A stretch of 64,000 bases of DNA from Vicinamibacterales bacterium (GTDB lineage: Bacteria > Acidobacteriota > Vicinamibacteria > Vicinamibacterales > G965249535). A program made the position numbers and the translations under genes. Below are positions 59,738 to 64,000 of the stretch, piece after piece. Under the pieces are notes generated by a model, which was not told where the DNA came from, made no database searches, and saw only the letters and a program-made list of their open reading frames with translations. The stretch is taken from positions 1,212,730-1,276,729 of the forward strand of contig OZ252241.1 of the NCBI GenBank assembly GCA_965249535.1, given 5' to 3'. Position 1 is the first letter of the stretch. Each line of letters starts with the position of its first letter.

Positions 59738-59813
59738 GGGCCCATAGCTCAGCGGTCAGAGCCACCGGCTCATAACCGGTCCGTCCCAGGTTCGAATCCT
59801 GGTGGGCCCACCA
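59738..59813 (+). tRNA. tRNA with CAU anticodon (elongator Met or lysidine-modified Ile2), CCA encoded
   Basis: The cloverleaf was folded by hand: acceptor GGGCCCA/UGGGCCC, D arm GCUC-AGCGGUCA-GAGC, anticodon arm ACCGG-CUCAUAA-CCGGU, T arm CCAGG-UUCGAAU-CCUGG, then ACCA. The G1-C72 pair excludes an initiator. Confidence 0.93.
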
Positions 59814-59954
59814 GACTGTTGTGTTGGTCATCCGTCAATAGCCGTTGGCGGTAGTTTGGTTGTATCGCACTTGTTAACAGCAGCATCAATTAGACAATGG
59901 ATCGTAAGAGCCGAATAAGATCTCGCTATATGCAACATCCTAGAAGATTATCCT

Positions 59955-60662
59955 ATGCTCCCTGACCTCCAAGTCCTTATTGACCTTCAGAAATTGGAAA
60001 GTACTGCAGAGGATACTCGACGCACGCTCGAAGCGATTCCATCAAGACTTGAGGCGCTCAAAACATCTATCTCTGCCCGGAACGATGCTGTGACCATAGC
60101 ACGGGAACAGCTTGACGAAACTAGGTTGGCTCGTCGTGCAAACGAAAATGACCTAGCAATCGTCCAAACTCGCCTAAGTACCTTCAAAGACCGATTGATG
60201 GCCGTCAAGACAAATAAGGAATATCAGGCCATACAGAAGGAGATAGCGACCGCTCAGGAAGAAGCTCGATCACTTGAAGACCAGACCCTTGAACGGATGT
60301 TAGAAATTGACGACCGAGCCGCAACAGCCGCTGAGACGGAAAGAACTCTAGTCAGTGAGAAGGCAGCCAGCCTACAGGCACAAGAAGCACTTGATAATGA
60401 GCGGAACGTCCTCGAACACCAACTAGAGCAGTCAACTTGGGTACGCTCCCGCTTAGTGAAAGGACTAACACCAAAAGCCCTTGCGATGTTTGAACATGTT
60501 GCCAGCCAGCGCCAAGGTGTGGCCGTCGTGGAGGCTCGCACCGGGCACTGTTCGTTTTGTAACGTCCGTCTACGCCCACAGGTATTTAATAACGTCCGAC
60601 TCAACCAGAGCCTAATTCAATGCGACAGTTGTCTTAGAATTCTTTACTACATGCCAGTTTAG
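59955..60662 (+). CDS. COG1579-type coiled-coil protein with C-terminal C4 zinc ribbon
   Basis: A long heptad-rich region is followed by CSFCNVRLRPQVFNNV...LIQCDSCLRILY. Confidence 0.8.
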   Translation: MLPDLQVLIDLQKLESTAEDTRRTLEAIPSRLEALKTSISARNDAVTIAREQLDETRLARRANENDLAIVQTRLSTFKDRLMAVKTNKEYQAIQKEIATAQEEARSLEDQTLERMLEIDDRAATAAETERTLVSEKAASLQAQEALDNERNVLEHQLEQSTWVRSRLVKGLTPKALAMFEHVASQRQGVAVVEARTGHCSFCNVRLRPQVFNNVRLNQSLIQCDSCLRILYYMPV

Positions 60663-60798
60663 CAACGAGAATCGCCAGTTTTAAATAGACTGGACCTAGA
60701 AAAGAATTCAGAATCCTAATCTGACGATATGATCTAATGTTATCCATTGGAAGAGATGCTCGTTAACATGCGTTAAGTATTCAAAAAATTCACCCAAC

Positions 60799-61650
60799 AT
60801 GATTCTGGTATATATCGATGGAGGATCTCGGGGTAATCCTGGTCCAGCCGGGTACGGTGTTCGAATCGAAAACAGGAACGGCACGCTGTGCAAGGAACTT
60901 CGAGGATCGGTGGGCGTAGCAACTAATAATATTGCTGAATACCACGGTCTCATCGCTGCCTTAACTTATTCGGTCGACCAAGGTCATCATCGGGTAATCC
61001 TTCGCTCAGATTCACAACTACTAGTCAAGCAGATGCGTGGAGAGTACCAAGTTAAAAACCCTGGATTACAGGTGCTCTATCGGAAAGCCAAAAAGCTAAT
61101 GTCTACTCTCGATCAAGTTAGTTTCGAATATGTGCCACGATCGAAAAACGTAGAGGCGGATCGTTTGGCCAACCTCGCCATAGATGAAGCAATGTCAGTT
61201 GATGATACTGCCGCACATACCACTCGACTGGGTAACACAATAACCAGAGCATCCGTTTCTGAAACTGGATTAAGTGTAATATCAATTGGCTTCGATGCAA
61301 CTGAGATTCAACGTATCGAACAGATTTGGCGACGTTTTGGTGAACGTTTTGTTCGTCGTGTCTTCACAGATCACGAACGTGTGTACTCCATGCAGCGACA
61401 TTTCCCAGCCCAGCATCTCGCCACACGTTTCGCCGCCAAAGAAGCTGCAATGAAGGCGCTTGGCACAGGGCATGCTCAAGGAGTGCGATGGCGTGACATT
61501 GAGGTTGTACGGAGTAGCGGTGCCCCCCAACTACAATTTCACGGGGCGGCAGCGCTTTATGCTCAGGGAATCGGATGTCAGAAAGTCTTGGTGACTTTGA
61601 CCCACGCAGAAACATTAGCGTTCGCCCAAGTGATGTTACTCGGTCGTTGA
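60799..61650 (+). CDS. Fusion protein: RNase HI-like domain (aa 1-131) + holo-[acyl-carrier-protein] synthase domain (aa ~160-283)
   Basis: N-terminal domain: YIDGGSRGNPGPAGYG, NNIAEYHGLIAAL, SDSQLLV and NVEADRLAN (DEDD residues). C-terminal domain: ISIGFDATEIQRIE...FTDHERVY...LATRFAAKEAAMKALGTG...WRDIEV...VTLTHAETLAFAQV (AcpS pattern). No stop codon separates the two parts. Confidence 0.85.
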   Translation: MILVYIDGGSRGNPGPAGYGVRIENRNGTLCKELRGSVGVATNNIAEYHGLIAALTYSVDQGHHRVILRSDSQLLVKQMRGEYQVKNPGLQVLYRKAKKLMSTLDQVSFEYVPRSKNVEADRLANLAIDEAMSVDDTAAHTTRLGNTITRASVSETGLSVISIGFDATEIQRIEQIWRRFGERFVRRVFTDHERVYSMQRHFPAQHLATRFAAKEAAMKALGTGHAQGVRWRDIEVVRSSGAPQLQFHGAAALYAQGIGCQKVLVTLTHAETLAFAQVMLLGR

Positions 61651-61827
61651 TCTCGGTTCTTAGTAATGATCACCCAATAGGGTCCGCGCGTCGAACCCAA
61701 ACAGCATCCGACAAAGGATTTTCTCAACAGACGGAGGGATTCTAGTGTTAGTGAAGTAAATTTGTCTGATGGCGAATTCGGCCGTGCTAAGAGCCAACCA
61801 CCTAGTCTAGTTTAACTTACGGCAAGA

Positions 61828-63111
61828 CTAGACTCCTGTTTGTCGGCGTAGAAATGCCGGCAAATCGCCTGAGAAATCTGTTGAACTACCTACAACATCT
61901 TCAAGCTCGACCAATCCTAAGCTCGAATGTACCATCGCCTTTGCTTGAGATTGTTCAATTAGCGGCCGACGCGAAATTGACAGCCTAGAACCTACCGCCT
62001 GTTCGAGAGCTAATTCATTACGCCGAGCGGCGTAATTGCTTAGGTCGACTGGGGTGTCCTGGCCTGATGTCAGTACCGAACTGCTGAATCCTTCCCGGTC
62101 AAAACCTGTCGCGATGACAGTAATCTTGATTTTTCCCTCCATGGCCGAATTCACTACCGCGCCAAAGATGATCGTGGCATCTTCATGGACCGCAGTGTGA
62201 ATGATTGACATCGCCTCACTGACTTCCATCAACGAAAGATCTGAACCCCCGGTGACGTTGACGATGACAGCTCTTGCACCTTTCACTGACGCATCCTCAA
62301 GCAAAGGACTGGAAACCGCACGTGAGGCCGCATCGACAGCCCGCTTCGCTCCTTCACCAATTCCAGTGCCCATGATAGCGAGACCCCTCCGGATCATAAT
62401 CGCCGCAATGTCGCCAAAGTCTAGATTGATCAATCCTGGAACCAAAATGAGATCGGATATTCCCCTTATGGATTGGTACAAAATGTCATCAGCCATGCCA
62501 AACGCGTCACTTAAAGACGTTGCGTGATCGACAGTCATCAAAAGACGCTCGTTCGAAATAGTGATAACCGTGTCAACACACTCGCGGAGTTCCTTAAGGC
62601 CCTGCTCAGCTTGAAGCGCACGTTTTCGACCCTCGAAGCTAAACGGCTTAGTCACCACCGCTACCGTTAAGGCACCGAGTTCACTCGCAAGGCTTGCAAT
62701 GACAGGTGCAGCACCAGTACCAGTTCCACCACCTAGCCCCGTCGTCACAAACACCATATCCGCACCCGCGAGCGATCCAATGATTCTATCGGTGTCCTCA
62801 AGAGCCGCCTGGCGGCCAATGTTGGGATCGGCTCCGGCTCCAAGCCCCTTAGTAAGTTTTGCACCAATTTGCACTTTTAGAGGTGTGGCATTCTGTTCCA
62901 GTGCCTGAACATCTGTATTCGCGACAATGAATTCGACACCTTCCAAACCGGAGAGAGCCATGCGATTTACGGCGTTACCACCGCCACCACCTACACCTAC
63001 CACTCTTACACGGGCCCGGGTCCGATGACTCTCATCCAAAGTAAGTCGCAGATAAGGCTTGGACAATTTCGCCGACCCTGCGTTTCTCCTCTTGGCATTT
63101 CTCATCATCAA
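61828..63111 (-). CDS. ftsZ: Cell division protein FtsZ
   Basis: [34 protein letters not shown]-like NLDFGD, and a C-terminal DLPAFLRRQ peptide. Confidence 0.97.
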   Translation of the reverse strand: MMMRNAKRRNAGSAKLSKPYLRLTLDESHRTRARVRVVGVGGGGGNAVNRMALSGLEGVEFIVANTDVQALEQNATPLKVQIGAKLTKGLGAGADPNIGRQAALEDTDRIIGSLAGADMVFVTTGLGGGTGTGAAPVIASLASELGALTVAVVTKPFSFEGRKRALQAEQGLKELRECVDTVITISNERLLMTVDHATSLSDAFGMADDILYQSIRGISDLILVPGLINLDFGDIAAIMIRRGLAIMGTGIGEGAKRAVDAASRAVSSPLLEDASVKGARAVIVNVTGGSDLSLMEVSEAMSIIHTAVHEDATIIFGAVVNSAMEGKIKITVIATGFDREGFSSSVLTSGQDTPVDLSNYAARRNELALEQAVGSRLSISRRPLIEQSQAKAMVHSSLGLVELEDVVGSSTDFSGDLPAFLRRQTGV

Positions 63112-63130
63112 GCCTTCATGAGTGCGTTGT

Positions 63131-64000
63131 CTAGAAGAATTCCTTAAACAAGACTCTCAACCGACGAGCAATAAGGCCAACCGAACCAATACCGACGGCG
63201 CCAGGTGGTCGGGTCCCATTGTTAACATAGTTACGGTGGGCACACTTCACCAATCCAACTGGGGTCGCAAACGAAGGACTGCTAACATGATCGGCCAACC
63301 CACCAACTCCAACGGGATATCCTCGTCGGATCGGAAGGTCAAAAATCTGTTCAGCGATCTCAGGCAACCCCTCTAAAATAGCTCCCCCACCAGTTAACAC
63401 CATTCCAGAGTTGAGCGAGCTTTCATAGCCCGCGCGGCGGATTTCATCCCACAGAGAATGGAAAATTTCCTCAGCCCTTGGTTGGAGAATCTCCGACAGG
63501 ATTCGTCTCGCCATGATGCGGGGTTGACGGCCACCAATACTGGCAACCTCGATCATCTCGTCTTCGTCCACCATCGTGGATAATGCACAGCCACTACGCT
63601 TCTTAGTTTTCTCGCCTTCAGGAATCGGCGTGCGAAGTCCCACAGCTATATCATTCGTGAAGTGGCTTCCACCCAATGCTACTACCCCAGTGTGCCAGAT
63701 ACTGCCTCTCTCGAAGATGGCAAAGTCCGTCGTTCCGGCTCCGATATCAACTAAAGCTACCCCGAGCTCCTTTTCATCGTGAGTGAGTACGGCCTCAGCC
63801 GCAGCCAACTGTTCCAACACAGTATCGACCACAGCAACACCAGCTCGATTGACACAAGCTACGATGTTCTGCGTAGAAGAAGTACTCCCTGTCACGACAT
63901 GAACGTTCACCTCCAATCGATTACCGGTCATACCGACCGGAGTTCCGATACCGTCCTGTTCGTCAACAACAAAGTCTTGCGGAAGCACATGCAAGATCTC
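63131..64000 (-). CDS. ftsA: Cell division protein FtsA, C-terminal ~290 codons (5' end lies outside the window)
   Basis: Actin-like ATPase motifs [13 protein letters not shown] and [12 protein letters not shown], with a C-terminal amphipathic tail [10 protein letters not shown]. The frame is open to the window edge. Confidence 0.93.
   Translation of the reverse strand, partial: EILHVLPQDFVVDEQDGIGTPVGMTGNRLEVNVHVVTGSTSSTQNIVACVNRAGVAVVDTVLEQLAAAEAVLTHDEKELGVALVDIGAGTTDFAIFERGSIWHTGVVALGGSHFTNDIAVGLRTPIPEGEKTKKRSGCALSTMVDEDEMIEVASIGGRQPRIMARRILSEILQPRAEEIFHSLWDEIRRAGYESSLNSGMVLTGGGAILEGLPEIAEQIFDLPIRRGYPVGVGGLADHVSSPSFATPVGLVKCAHRNYVNNGTRPPGAVGIGSVGLIARRLRVLFKEFF

Noticed and set aside
59814-59954. 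The tRNA 3' flank, considered as an integration hotspot (genomic island or integrase).
   Set aside because: No integrase or other mobile-element gene follows. I found no direct repeat of the tRNA 3' end downstream within the window. The next gene is a conserved housekeeping-type zinc-ribbon protein.

Overview
This is a 64-kb, gene-dense chromosomal segment: about 50 protein genes, one tRNA and one riboswitch. It comes from a diderm bacterium (LptD, TonB/ExbBD and Lgt/LspA are present). Hand-sampled 60-nt lines give roughly 47-60% G+C. I cannot assign the lineage from sequence alone.

The content is overwhelmingly housekeeping:
- ileS(partial)-lspA-lgt-rluD, lon, a dksA-like gene, rpmB, ridA and rel
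- a HugZ-like gene next to tonB-exbB-exbD-exbD
- a K+-type membrane pyrophosphatase, uppP, and tgt-yajC-secD-secF
- ddl, a HEAT-repeat/cyclophilin lipoprotein, a deoxynucleoside kinase, and accD-folC
- lptD translationally coupled to a dTDP-sugar cluster
- htpX, thiC with a TPP riboswitch, rpiB-glyA, an XPD/DinG-like helicase and yggS
- lepA-lepB, gltA, a processive GT2 glycosyltransferase and larB
- mutS2-dnaG-rpoD-tRNA(CAU), a COG1579 zinc-ribbon gene plus RNase H, and ftsZ/ftsA(partial)

I saw no transposase, integrase, phage gene, CRISPR array or recognisable defence or toxin system, and I cannot point to a convincing multi-gene novel system.

Items worth a second look:
1. A complete orphan micro-transcription unit lies in the ddl/PPIase spacer: promoter, SD, a 13-codon Lys/Ala ORF and a bidirectional terminator.
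2. A continuous RNase HI-AcpS fusion ORF sits next to its usual zinc-ribbon partner.
3. Four frame disruptions occur in three genes. In htpX two compensating shifts put the HEXXH block out of frame. The other two genes are the last gene of the sugar cluster and a Cys-rich gene.
4. Two unusually large gene-free gaps (915 bp and 643 bp) are present. The second contains a perfect 21-bp inverted repeat and lies beside a G+C-elevated HugZ-like gene.

All functional calls rest on motif recognition by eye; no database search was possible.
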